NCBI GenBank assembly: GCA_902604695.1
Contig: CACKZT010000003.1
Coordinates: 4,685 to 68,684 of the forward strand
Direction: 5' to 3'
DNA length: 64,000 bases
From: an uncultured Pelagibacteraceae bacterium
GTDB lineage: Bacteria; Pseudomonadota; Alphaproteobacteria; Pelagibacterales; Pelagibacteraceae
Positions 49,680 through 59,483 of this stretch are shown here, in pieces (positions within the stretch are counted from its first letter, which is position 1; each line of letters starts with the position of its first letter). A program made the position numbers and the translations under genes. Under the pieces are notes generated by a model, which saw nothing but the letters and a program-made list of their open reading frames with translations, had not been told where the DNA came from and searched no databases.

Positions 49680-50078
49680 TTATTTTTTTTTATACTTTTG
49701 TTTTGAAGGAATAACTCCTCTAACACCGCCTCTTGGATCTTTGACATCACCTTTTCTTCTGGGAATTAAATGGATATGACAGTGCATAATTGATTGGCCA
49801 GCATCTTTACCTATGTTAACACCGACATTAAATCCACTTATATCACCGTCTATATCTTGAAGTTTCTTTTTTTGATTTTTTAAAATTACATTTAAATCTT
49901 TAATTTCATTTATATTTAAATCAAAAAAATCACTTATATGCCTATTTGAGATTATTAAAGTATGATGTTTTGTGACTGGGTAAGCTGTATCCCTGATTAT
50001 AAAAAAATATTTAGTTGACTCAATTACTTTACAATTTATTTTATTACAAAAAATGCAGTCCTTATTAGAAGGGGACAT
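49680..50078 (-). CDS. HIT family nucleotide hydrolase
   Basis: CIFC, YPVT..H.LII, AGQSIMHCHIHLIPRR.GD..DPRGGVRGVIP. Confidence 0.9.
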   Translation of the reverse strand: MSPSNKDCIFCNKINCKVIESTKYFFIIRDTAYPVTKHHTLIISNRHISDFFDLNINEIKDLNVILKNQKKKLQDIDGDISGFNVGVNIGKDAGQSIMHCHIHLIPRRKGDVKDPRGGVRGVIPSKQKYKKK

Positions 50079-51244
50079 TACGCACTTCTATAAAGCTTTG
50101 TCATGACAAATTCTTTGTGACCTAACGCTTCAGCACAAGTAAGTCTTCCATTAGCCACTCTTAACATAGTCTTAATAAGTTCATCACCAGCTTGTGATAA
50201 ATTCATTTCTCTAGATAAAATTTTTGACACATTACAGTCCACGTGTTCTTTCATTAATTTTGCTGTTAAAGGATTTGCGGTAAGTTTAACAACTGGCTCA
50301 ATCGGGTTTCCAATTATATTTCCTTGACCTGTGGGAAATAGATGAATATTGAATCCCCCTGCAGCTTGTAAAGTTACACACTCTGCTGCGGCAGATGATG
50401 TATCCATAAAATATAAACCTTTACCTTTTTTTGGTTCTTCAGCAGGCTCAAGTACGTCAATAAATTTTAAGTTTCCAATTTTTTGAAAGTTTCCAAAAGC
50501 TTTTTCTTCAATTGTAGTTAAACCTCCAGCAATATTTCCAGCTGTTGGTTGACTTTCAGAAAGGTCATCAGTTGCTTCTTTAAGAATGAAATCATTATAT
50601 GCATTCCATGTTTTCATAAATTTTTCTTTTGCCTCAGGTGTAGCGCCTCTAGACGCACAGACTGTTTCTGCTCCAGTTAATTCTGATGTTTCACCAAAAC
50701 ATAAATGAACTCCTAATGGTTCTAATTTTTCCATCAAATTACCAACAGTTGGATTAGATGCTAGTCCCGAAGTTGTGTCTGACTCACCACATTTTACAGA
50801 AATCCACAAGTCACTCATTGGGCATTCTTCTCTTTGTTTTTCAGATGCCCATTGTGAAAACTCTTGCGCTTTTTTTGATGCTTTCATAATCGTACCGATA
50901 TCACCAGTTCTCTCGATATGAAATCCTTCAACTGGTTTTCCAGTTTTCGCTATTTCATCAACAATTCTTTTTGTCCATTTGGGCTCTATTCCAATTACTA
51001 TTACAGCTGCCACGTTAGGATTTTTTCCCGTCCCTATCATTGTTCTAAAATGTAATTCTAGATCAGCTCCAAATTGTAATCTTCCATATGAATGAGGTAG
51101 GGCAATAGTACCTTTAATGTTATTTGCAACGGCCTCGGCGCATGCATTGGAAATATCATCAACCGGAAGAATGATTACATGATTTCTAGTCCCGGCTCTT
51201 CCGTTTTCTCTCTTATAACCTAAAAAACTTTTTGGAATTTCCAT
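50078..51244 (-). CDS. suyB: UxaA-family (R)-sulfolactate sulfo-lyase beta subunit
   Basis: [55 protein letters not shown]; beside xsc. Confidence 0.82.
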   Translation of the reverse strand: MEIPKSFLGYKRENGRAGTRNHVIILPVDDISNACAEAVANNIKGTIALPHSYGRLQFGADLELHFRTMIGTGKNPNVAAVIVIGIEPKWTKRIVDEIAKTGKPVEGFHIERTGDIGTIMKASKKAQEFSQWASEKQREECPMSDLWISVKCGESDTTSGLASNPTVGNLMEKLEPLGVHLCFGETSELTGAETVCASRGATPEAKEKFMKTWNAYNDFILKEATDDLSESQPTAGNIAGGLTTIEEKAFGNFQKIGNLKFIDVLEPAEEPKKGKGLYFMDTSSAAAECVTLQAAGGFNIHLFPTGQGNIIGNPIEPVVKLTANPLTAKLMKEHVDCNVSKILSREMNLSQAGDELIKTMLRVANGRLTCAEALGHKEFVMTKLYRSA

Positions 51245-51250
51245 ATTAAT

Positions 51251-51538
51251 TTACCATTTTTTTGTTTTAACATTGTGGACGTGTACATGATCACCTTTTT
51301 TGATGGATTTAACAACTTTTCCAATATCGTGACCATATTTTATTATAGTATCACCCTCATTTAAATCTCTCAGGGCAATTTTATGACCTAAAGGAACCTC
51401 ATTGATAGAATTGACTTTAATTGTTTTATCATTTTCCATTATCCAGGCGCTACAATCTTGGCCTTTTTTGGTAGTTTCAATTACAACCACCGCTACATTA
51501 TCTTTTTCGTCATGTATAATTAAATCAGTTTGTGACAT
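51251..51538 (-). CDS. suyA: SAF-domain sulfolactate sulfo-lyase alpha subunit
   Basis: H...DNVAVVV, PLGHKIAL, IKYG..IG, GDHVHVHNVKTKKW. Confidence 0.82.
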   Translation of the reverse strand: MSQTDLIIHDEKDNVAVVVIETTKKGQDCSAWIMENDKTIKVNSINEVPLGHKIALRDLNEGDTIIKYGHDIGKVVKSIKKGDHVHVHNVKTKKW

Positions 51539-51617
51539 AAAATATCATCTGGATATAGACTATATTTTGATATATTTAAAGTAGGAATTTTTATAAAAAT
51601 TAATTACAGGACAATTT

Positions 51618-53399
51618 ATGGCAAAAATGACAACAGAAGAAGCTTTTGTAAAAGTTTTACAAATGCATGGTATTGAGCACGCTTACGGAATAATAGGTTC
51701 TGCATTTATGCCAATTTCAGATATATTTCCAGACGCAGGTATAACATTTTGGGATGTTGCTCACGAAACAAATGGTGGGTTAATTGCAGACGGATATACT
51801 AGAGCTACAGGGAAAATGTCGATGGTAATAGCTCAAAACGGACCTGGGATTACTGGTTTAGTAACGCCCATAAAAACAGCTTACTGGAATCATACTCCTC
51901 TTCTTCTTGTAACTCCTCAAGCAGCTAATAAAACAATGGGACAGGGTGGTTTTCAAGAAGTAGAGCAAATGAATTTATTTAAAGATATGGTTTGTTATCA
52001 AGAAGAAGTTAGAGACCCGTCTAGAATGGCAGAAGTTTTAAATCGTGTAATTGAAAAAGCAATAAGAGGATCTGCTCCTGCTCAAATTAATGTTCCTAGA
52101 GATTATTGGACACAAGTTATAGATATAGATTTACCCCCAATAGTCAGATTAGAGAGACAAGCAGGTGGAGTAGAAGCAATTAAAAAAGCTTCAGAATTAT
52201 TATCAAATTCAAAATTTCCTGTTATTTTATCTGGAGCGGGAGTAGTTATAGGCGATGCGATAAATGAATGTGTAAAGCTTGCTGAGAAATTGGACTCACC
52301 AGTATGTTCAGGATATCAACACAATGATAGTTTTCCTGGGAGTCACCCATTAGCAGTCGGTCCTTTAGGTTACAACGGATCAAAAGCAGCTATGGAACTT
52401 ATTTCAAAAGCTGACGTTGTATTAGCACTTGGAACTAGATTAAATCCTTTTTCCACGTTACCTGGTTATGGAATTGATTACTGGCCAAAAAATGCAAAAA
52501 TAATTCAAGTTGATATGAATTCTGATAGAATTGGTTTAACAAAAAAAGTTACTGTAGGAATATGTGGAGACGCAAAACTTGTAGCTCAACAACTTCTATC
52601 CAAACTTTCACCAAAGGCAGGTGATTTAGATAGACAAAAGCGAAAAGATTTGATTCATCAAACTAAATCTGCTTGGCTTCAAAAGTTGTCTAGTCTTGAT
52701 CACGAAGAAGATGATAAAGGTACCGTTTGGAATAAAGAAGCTAGAGAAAGAGACAAAGATAGAATGTCGCCAAGACAATCATGGAGAGCAATCCAAGCAG
52801 GAATGCCCGACGATGTTATTATTTCAAGTGATATTGGAAATAATTGCGCGATTGGAAATGCCTATCCAACTTTTGACAAAGGTAGAAAATATTTAGCGCC
52901 AGGACTGTTTGGTCCTTGTGGGTATGGATTTCCAGCGATCCTTGGAGCAAAAATTGGATGTCCAAATACTCCAGTAATTGGTTTTGCTGGTGACGGAGCA
53001 TTTGGAATTAGCATGAATGAAATGAGTTCTTGTGCAAGAAAAGAGTGGCCAGCAATTACTATGGTAATATTTAGGAATTATCAGTGGGGAGCTGAAAAAA
53101 GGAATTCAATTTTATGGTTTGATGATAATTTTATAGGTACCGAATTAGATCCAGAATTAAGCTATGCAAAAGTTGCTGATGCATGTGGATTAAAAGGAGT
53201 AACAGTTAAAACTATGGAAGAAACTACAAAAGCAATAAAGCAGTCTTGTGAAGATCAAAAAAAAGGTATCACAACTTTCATTGAAGTAATCTTAAATCAA
53301 GAGCTTGGAGAACCTTTTAGACGTGATGCTATGAAGAAACCTGTAAAAGTTGCAGGAATTAAAAAATCAGATATGAAGCCACAACAAGGTTTAAACTAA
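51618..53399 (+). CDS. xsc: Sulfoacetaldehyde acetyltransferase
   Basis: MTTEEAFVKVLQMHGI, AQNGPG, GDGAFG ThDP motif, NYQWGAEKRN, ELGEPFRRDAM. Confidence 0.95.
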   Translation: MAKMTTEEAFVKVLQMHGIEHAYGIIGSAFMPISDIFPDAGITFWDVAHETNGGLIADGYTRATGKMSMVIAQNGPGITGLVTPIKTAYWNHTPLLLVTPQAANKTMGQGGFQEVEQMNLFKDMVCYQEEVRDPSRMAEVLNRVIEKAIRGSAPAQINVPRDYWTQVIDIDLPPIVRLERQAGGVEAIKKASELLSNSKFPVILSGAGVVIGDAINECVKLAEKLDSPVCSGYQHNDSFPGSHPLAVGPLGYNGSKAAMELISKADVVLALGTRLNPFSTLPGYGIDYWPKNAKIIQVDMNSDRIGLTKKVTVGICGDAKLVAQQLLSKLSPKAGDLDRQKRKDLIHQTKSAWLQKLSSLDHEEDDKGTVWNKEARERDKDRMSPRQSWRAIQAGMPDDVIISSDIGNNCAIGNAYPTFDKGRKYLAPGLFGPCGYGFPAILGAKIGCPNTPVIGFAGDGAFGISMNEMSSCARKEWPAITMVIFRNYQWGAEKRNSILWFDDNFIGTELDPELSYAKVADACGLKGVTVKTMEETTKAIKQSCEDQKKGITTFIEVILNQELGEPFRRDAMKKPVKVAGIKKSDMKPQQGLN

Positions 53400-53410
53400 C
53401 ATTTATTCAA

Positions 53411-53791
53411 ATGAGCAACAAAATAAGCTCAAATAGAAGTTTTGGTATTTTATTCTTTTTATTTTTTCTTTTAATTTCAATTTGGCCACTAATTAATGGC
53501 GCAGAAGTTAGAATTTGGTCGCTTGTTCTATCTCTTATTTTTCTAATTTTAGGTTTATTAAACTCAAAATATTTAGCTCCATTTAACAAAGCCTGGGTAA
53601 AATTTGGTGAACTATTAGGAAGAATTATTGCCCCGCTCGTGATGGCTATCATTTTTTTCTTTGTAGTTACTCCATTAGGCCTGATAATAAAATTATTTGG
53701 TAAAGATTTATTAAAAACAAAGTTTATAAAAACTAATTCTTATTGGTTAAAAAGAGAAAAAAATGTAACATCAATGAGAAAACAATTTTGA
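53411..53791 (+). CDS. SxtJ family membrane protein
   Basis: SNRSFG, LAPFNKAW.KFG..LG.I..P, D.L, SYW..R, M..QF. Confidence 0.85.
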   Translation: MSNKISSNRSFGILFFLFFLLISIWPLINGAEVRIWSLVLSLIFLILGLLNSKYLAPFNKAWVKFGELLGRIIAPLVMAIIFFFVVTPLGLIIKLFGKDLLKTKFIKTNSYWLKREKNVTSMRKQF

Positions 53792-53943
53792 TGTTAAGTT
53801 TTATTAAAGAATTTTTTGAATTTTTAAAAGAAAGAAAAAAATATTGGTTGCTACCAATCATTATTGTACTTACTCTTTTCGGGGCTTTGATTGTTTTAAG
53901 TCAGGGATCTGCGGTAGCACCTTTCATATATACAATTTTTTAA
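53791..53943 (+). CDS. DUF5989 / SxtK-like small membrane protein
   Basis: FLKERKKYWLLP...GSAVAPFIYTIF; TGATG coupling. Confidence 0.85.
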   Translation: MLSFIKEFFEFLKERKKYWLLPIIIVLTLFGALIVLSQGSAVAPFIYTIF

Positions 53944-55782
53944 GTGACTACTATATTAGGAATTTCAGCATTTTATCATGATAGCGCAGCAGCTTTAATT
54001 GCAGATGGAAATATAATTGCGGCGGCTCAAGAAGAAAGATTTTCTAGAAAAAAACATGATGCTAGCTATCCACACAGTGCTGTAGAATATGTATTATCCG
54101 AGGCAAATTTAAAATTAAATGAAGTTGACCATATTGTTTTTTTTGAAAAGCCGTTTTTAAAATTTGAAAGGTTATTAGAAACCTATTTAGCTTTTGCTCC
54201 GTCTGGATTTAAATCTTTTAGTTTGTCAATGCCAATATGGCTTAGAGAAAAATTATTTCAAAAAAAATATTTATTTGATTGTTTAAGTAATCATGATGAT
54301 AAATTTAAAGATATTAATAAAATTAACTTTTCAGAACATCATTTAAGTCATGCTGCTAGTGCATATTATCCGTCTCCTTATAATGAAGCTATTATTCTTA
54401 CTTTAGATGGCGTTGGAGAATGGGCAACCACTACAGTTGCTATAGGAAAGGGAAATAACTTAAAAATGATTAAAGAAATTCACTTCCCTCATTCTTTGGG
54501 CCTTTTGTACTCTGCTTTTACTTATTACACAGGATTTAAAGTAAATAGTGGAGAATATAAAGTTATGGGTTTAGCCCCTTACGGAGAACCAAGATTTAAA
54601 GATATAATTTTAAAAGAACTTATGGACTTAAAAGAAGACGGTACATTTAAACTAAACATGGACTACTTCAATTATGCTACTGGGTTAACAATGACTAATA
54701 AAAAATTTGCTAAGTTATTTGGCCAGCCTGTTAGAGACTCTAAAAAAGATTTATTGACTCAATTTCATATGGATATAGCGGCATCTATTCAAGCGGTGAC
54801 TGAGGAAGTAGTTTTACGATTAACAACATCTATAGCAAAAGAATATAAAATAGAAAATTTATGCTTAGCTGGAGGCGTAGCCCTTAATTGTGTAGCTAAC
54901 GGAAAAATTTTAAAAAAAAATCTTTTTAAAAATATTTGGATACAACCAGCTGCTGGAGATGCCGGAGGATCTCTGGGTGCAGCGTTGGCATTCTGGTATA
55001 ATGAGTTAAATAATTCTAGAAATAATAACGGTAAAGATAAAATGAAAGGATCTTATTTAGGACCTTCTTTCTCCGATGCTTTAATTGAAAAAGAATTAAA
55101 CCATTTAGGTGCAAATTTTAAAAGAGTATCAAGTCAAGATTTGATTGATACTGTCGCTAAAGAATTAAATAAAGAAAATATTATAGGTTGGTTTCAAGGC
55201 AGAATGGAATTTGGACCACGAGCATTAGGTGCTAGATCTATTATAGCTGATCCGCGCTCAGAAAAAATGCAGAAAGAATTAAATCTCAAAATAAAATTTA
55301 GAGAGAGTTTCAGACCTTTTGCACCTTCAATTTTAATTGAAGATTTATCAAAATGGTTTGAATTAAATACTTCCAGTCCATATATGCTTTTAGTGGCTAA
55401 AATTAATCAAAACTTGCAGGTTAAAATGAGTGATACAGAAAAAAAACTTTTTGGAATTGATAAGCTAAACATAAAAAGATCAATAATACCTGCCGTGACT
55501 CACGTGGATTATACAGCTAGAATTCAAACTGTTCATAAAGAAACTAACCCCAAGTATTACGATCTAATAAATAAATTTAAAGAAATAACTAATTGTCCGA
55601 TATTGGTAAATACTTCTTTCAATGTAAGAGGCGAACCAATAGTTTGCAGTATTAAAGATGCGTATAATTGTTTTATGGGAACAAATTTGGATATTTTAGT
55701 AATAGAAAATTTCTTGCTTTATAAAAAAGATCAGGATAAAAAATCTATAAAGAATTACCTAGATAAATTTGAACAAGATTAA
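53944..55782 (+). CDS. NodU/CmcH/SxtI family O-carbamoyltransferase
   Basis: YHDSAA, QEERF, EHHLSHAASA, DGVGE, GEYKVMGLAPYG, GGVALNC, EFGPRALG, KFRESFRPFAP, NTSFN. Confidence 0.94.
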   Translation: MTTILGISAFYHDSAAALIADGNIIAAAQEERFSRKKHDASYPHSAVEYVLSEANLKLNEVDHIVFFEKPFLKFERLLETYLAFAPSGFKSFSLSMPIWLREKLFQKKYLFDCLSNHDDKFKDINKINFSEHHLSHAASAYYPSPYNEAIILTLDGVGEWATTTVAIGKGNNLKMIKEIHFPHSLGLLYSAFTYYTGFKVNSGEYKVMGLAPYGEPRFKDIILKELMDLKEDGTFKLNMDYFNYATGLTMTNKKFAKLFGQPVRDSKKDLLTQFHMDIAASIQAVTEEVVLRLTTSIAKEYKIENLCLAGGVALNCVANGKILKKNLFKNIWIQPAAGDAGGSLGAALAFWYNELNNSRNNNGKDKMKGSYLGPSFSDALIEKELNHLGANFKRVSSQDLIDTVAKELNKENIIGWFQGRMEFGPRALGARSIIADPRSEKMQKELNLKIKFRESFRPFAPSILIEDLSKWFELNTSSPYMLLVAKINQNLQVKMSDTEKKLFGIDKLNIKRSIIPAVTHVDYTARIQTVHKETNPKYYDLINKFKEITNCPILVNTSFNVRGEPIVCSIKDAYNCFMGTNLDILVIENFLLYKKDQDKKSIKNYLDKFEQD

Positions 55783-55786
55783 TTTT

Positions 55787-56593
55787 TTATTTTAATACAC
55801 TTCCTAATACTGACATTGGATCAAGTTTAACATTAAACCAATTAAGTCTTACATCTAAATGGGGGCCAGTCGATCTTCCAGTTTTTCCAACTGTGCCAAT
55901 TATATCGCCTTGCTTAACTTTTTGGCCTTCCTTCACATCAACATCTTTCATATGCATGTAAAGAGTGCTTATTCCATGACCATGATCAAAAATAATAGTT
56001 CCCCCGGTGAAATATAAATCTTTCTCAGATAAAGTAACTACTCCATCAAGCATCGCTTTTATTGGCGTACCTTCGGGTGCTGCAAAGTCTAATCCGTAAT
56101 GAGGCCTTCTCGGTTTTCCATTCAATATTCTTTGACTACCGTATACCCCAGTTATTATTGATTCCTTTAATGGTGCCGCAAAACTATTTTTAAAATAATC
56201 TAGATTGCTATTAATTGATCTAGCTTTGCCAATAATAATGTTATCTTTTTTAATTCTGGCGTAAACTTCTTTAGGTGGGGTCACTTGTTTTTTTGGCAGA
56301 CCATCAATTCTTTGAACCTTATATTTTTTTTTAAAAACTTTCTTAATTATTATATCCACTTTTTCATTTTTTGTGATTTTTATCACCACATCATTTTTTC
56401 TATCTCTTCCTATTCCAAAAGCAAAATATCCTTCTTTAGTAACTTTCACAGGTGTTTTATCTATAAAAACTTTTGCATTATTTAATGTTTTACCAATAAT
56501 AAAAGATCCTTGAATAAATTTTCCTTTAAACTCAACAGCATGTGAAGTGTTGATGATTAATACAAAGAATAAAAAAGAGAGAATTACTCTCAT
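55787..56593 (-). CDS. M23 family metallopeptidase
   Basis: H.GLD, Y.HM, TGPHLD; signal peptide. Confidence 0.9.
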   Translation of the reverse strand: MRVILSFLFFVLIINTSHAVEFKGKFIQGSFIIGKTLNNAKVFIDKTPVKVTKEGYFAFGIGRDRKNDVVIKITKNEKVDIIIKKVFKKKYKVQRIDGLPKKQVTPPKEVYARIKKDNIIIGKARSINSNLDYFKNSFAAPLKESIITGVYGSQRILNGKPRRPHYGLDFAAPEGTPIKAMLDGVVTLSEKDLYFTGGTIIFDHGHGISTLYMHMKDVDVKEGQKVKQGDIIGTVGKTGRSTGPHLDVRLNWFNVKLDPMSVLGSVLK

Positions 56594-57354
56594 TTAGCAG
56601 TCCATCCTCCATCTATTATGATAGATGTTCCTGTTATCATAGAAGATGCTTCTGAAGCCAAGAAAGTTATTGATGTAGCAACATCGCTAACCGAAGCTAC
56701 TTTGTCCAATGGAGTACTTTCTTTCACGTATTTATTATATTTTTTATCGGCGAAATATTTTTTAGTTCTAGGAGTTAATACAATATTAGGGCACACACTA
56801 TTAACTCTAATATTATACTTTGCCAAATCTAAAGCCATACCTTTTGTTAATCCTTCAACACCAAACTTAGTCATCGAATAAACAGTTCTATTTTGGCCAG
56901 CAACTATTCCAAAAATTGAAGATATATTAATAATTGAACCACTTTTTCTATTTAATTTTATTATTTGATTTGCACAAAGTTGAGCAACGTTAAAAACTGC
57001 TTTTGTGTTTACATTTAGAATAGTTTTAAGAGAGGTCTCTTTCACATTCAAAAATGGTTCTGGTATATTTGTTCCTGCGTTGTTAACTAAAATATCTAAT
57101 TTTTTTAAGCTGGCTATGTAAGTTTTCATTTTTTTATAGTTGTTGACATCACAATTAAGCGAGGAATACTTAACTTTTAGTTTTTTAATTATTTTTCCTA
57201 AACTATTTAATTCAGATTGGTTTCTACCAATCGCAATTATATTGCCCCCTGCTTGAGCTAAGGCTATTGCCGCACCTCTTCCTAATCCTTTAGTTGCTCC
57301 AGTAATTAATGCTGTTTTACCTTTTATATTTATATCTTTTAAATAAATACCCAT
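56590..57354 (-). CDS. SDR oxidoreductase (HpsO-like paralog)
   Basis: TGATKGLG, NNAG, RTVYSMTKFGVEG, DGGWTA; start at ATG 57354. Confidence 0.8.
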   Translation of the reverse strand: MGIYLKDINIKGKTALITGATKGLGRGAAIALAQAGGNIIAIGRNQSELNSLGKIIKKLKVKYSSLNCDVNNYKKMKTYIASLKKLDILVNNAGTNIPEPFLNVKETSLKTILNVNTKAVFNVAQLCANQIIKLNRKSGSIINISSIFGIVAGQNRTVYSMTKFGVEGLTKGMALDLAKYNIRVNSVCPNIVLTPRTKKYFADKKYNKYVKESTPLDKVASVSDVATSITFLASEASSMITGTSIIIDGGWTAK

Positions 57355-58121
57355 TATTGTGCAGTCCAACCTCCATCAATTATCAAATTAGAGCCAGTTA
57401 TTTGGGATGCTTCATCTGATGTTAAATAGTAAACTAAAGAAGAAACATCATTCTTCTTTATAAAATTTTTTGATGGATGTTTTTCTTTAATTAAATTTGC
57501 TTCAGCTTTTTTAAAACTCATTTTATCTTTTTTAGCTAATTTTTTAATTTGCTTTTTTACTAATTCAGTCATAACAAAACCTGGCCCAATTGCATTACAG
57601 GTAATATTTTCTTTTGCTGTTTCTAAAGCTACAACTTTTGTTAAGCCAACCAAGCCATGTTTTGAAGAGACATAGCCAGATTTATTTTCAGATGCTATTG
57701 ATCCATGAACAGAAGAAATATTAATTATTCGTCCCCAATTATTTTTTCTCATTATTGGTAAGGTTTCTTTAATCATAAAAAAAGGAGTATTTAAATTTAT
57801 ACTAATTATATACTCCCAAATTTTATCAGAAAAATTACATAAGGGTGCAACGTGTTGTCTTCCTGCACAATTAATTAATACGTCAATCCTTTTAAATTTT
57901 TTCCTTGAAAGAAATACAAATTTTTTTATATTTTTTCTCTTTATCAAATCTAAATTTAAAATTAAGCTTTTTTTATTTGAAAATTTTTTTTTAAGACTAT
58001 TTAATAAGGAATTTTTAATAATTCCTGCAATAGCTATATTATAATTTTTTTTGTAGAAATATTTAGCTATATCAAGACCAATACCGCTTGTACCACCTGT
58101 AATTATAATAGTTTTTATCAT
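57354..58121 (-). CDS. SDR of the 3-hydroxybutyrate dehydrogenase type
   Basis: TGGTSGIG, AG.QHVAP, SSVHG..AS.NKS.YVSSKHG, PG.V.T.LV.KQI; start at ATG 58121. Confidence 0.78.
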   Translation of the reverse strand: MIKTIIITGGTSGIGLDIAKYFYKKNYNIAIAGIIKNSLLNSLKKKFSNKKSLILNLDLIKRKNIKKFVFLSRKKFKRIDVLINCAGRQHVAPLCNFSDKIWEYIISINLNTPFFMIKETLPIMRKNNWGRIINISSVHGSIASENKSGYVSSKHGLVGLTKVVALETAKENITCNAIGPGFVMTELVKKQIKKLAKKDKMSFKKAEANLIKEKHPSKNFIKKNDVSSLVYYLTSDEASQITGSNLIIDGGWTAQ

Positions 58122-58882
58122 TGAGCTGTCCAACCTCCATCAACTACAATTGAAGTTCCTGTAATCATTGCAGACGAGTCTGCTGCTAAAAATGCAACTG
58201 CTGTGGCCACATCGCTTTCTTTAGCAACTCTTCCTAGAGGTATATTTTTTAGCATTTTATTTTTAAATTTTTTATTTTTAAAAAAAGCCTTTACCATCGG
58301 GGTCTCAACAAATGTTGGGCAAACTGTATTAACTCTAATGTTATATTTTGCAAGTTCACAAGCCATACCTCTAGCCAAACCTTCAACTCCAAACTTATTC
58401 ATATTATAAACATTTCTGCCCTCGCATCCTACTAACCCAAGTTGAGAGGACATATGAATAATTGAACCTCCTATTTTTTTTCTATTTTTCAGCTTTACCA
58501 TTTTTTGTGAACATAATTGGGCTATATTAAATACTGCTTTCATATTTAAGTTTGTTAAATATTCCATATTTTCTTTTTTTACTCTCGTAAAATGCTCAGG
58601 TCTATTTGTTCCTGCGTTATTCACTAAAATATCTAATTTATTTATTTTTTTGAGAACGTTTTTAAAATCATTGACATTTGTTACGTCGCAAACAAAAGCT
58701 CTGCTAGCACCTTTAGTGCTATTAATTATCTTTTTAACTTTATCTAAATCTTTTTTTGTTCTGCTAATAATAATTACTTTTGCCCCAGCTTCTGCTAAAG
58801 CAATAGCACAAGCTTTACCAAGTCCTTTTCCTGCACCTGTGACTAAAGCTGTTTTATTTTTTAAATTGATTTTTCTAAACAT
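58118..58882 (-). CDS. SDR oxidoreductase (HpsO-like)
   Basis: TGAGKGLG.ACA.ALAEAGA, SSQLG, R.VY...K..VEG, VNTVCPTFVETP, DGGWTA. Confidence 0.8.
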   Translation of the reverse strand: MFRKINLKNKTALVTGAGKGLGKACAIALAEAGAKVIIISRTKKDLDKVKKIINSTKGASRAFVCDVTNVNDFKNVLKKINKLDILVNNAGTNRPEHFTRVKKENMEYLTNLNMKAVFNIAQLCSQKMVKLKNRKKIGGSIIHMSSQLGLVGCEGRNVYNMNKFGVEGLARGMACELAKYNIRVNTVCPTFVETPMVKAFFKNKKFKNKMLKNIPLGRVAKESDVATAVAFLAADSSAMITGTSIVVDGGWTAQ

Positions 58883-59454
58883 TAGATAAATAGTTTAACA
58901 TCTGCGTAAATTAATTCTACGGCCACAATTAATATTGCTATTAAACCAACCCAAGCAATCCATTTGTAAGTTTTAATCCACTTAGCAATTAAATTGGCCA
59001 TAAAAGCCATTAGAGCAATAGAAAGAACTAATCCAAATATAAGGAGAAAATAATGTCCTTTAGCTGCGCCAGCTACGCTAATGACATTATCTAAACTCAT
59101 TGTTATATCCGCAAGCATTACAGTCATAATTGCTTTCATTACTGACGAATCTTTTACTTTGATTTTTTCTTGTTTTCCTTGATCTTTAATTACATCTACA
59201 TAAAGTTTATAAACAATGTACAAAAGTAATAAGCCTCCAATTAATCTAAGCCCATTTATCTGTAAAAGATAGGATGCAATAAGAGTAAATATAATCCTTA
59301 AAATTACTGCTGCACCAATTCCCCAAAAGATAATCTTTTTTCTTTTTTGCGGTTCAAACTGAGATGCTACCATTCCTATTATTACAGCGTTGTCTCCAGC
59401 TAAAACTAAATCTATAAAGATAATTTGGGTAAATATTAAAATTTCTTCGTTCAC
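58882..59454 (-). CDS. TerC/YjbE family membrane protein
   Basis: IDLVLAGDNA, ADITMSLDNV..VAGAA. Confidence 0.88.
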   Translation of the reverse strand: MNEEILIFTQIIFIDLVLAGDNAVIIGMVASQFEPQKRKKIIFWGIGAAVILRIIFTLIASYLLQINGLRLIGGLLLLYIVYKLYVDVIKDQGKQEKIKVKDSSVMKAIMTVMLADITMSLDNVISVAGAAKGHYFLLIFGLVLSIALMAFMANLIAKWIKTYKWIAWVGLIAILIVAVELIYADVKLFI

Positions 59455-59483
59455 AATTTCCTTATATACGACTTTTATCTAAA

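Noticed and set aside
50078-51538. Altronate/galactarate dehydratase (sugar-acid catabolism)
   Set aside because: Split SAF + UxaA architecture, sequence motifs and position beside xsc, tauE and apr favour SuyAB
53411-55782. Saxitoxin biosynthesis
   Set aside because: Only the widespread sxtI/J/K-like trio is present; no sxtA, sxtG or other core genes in the window
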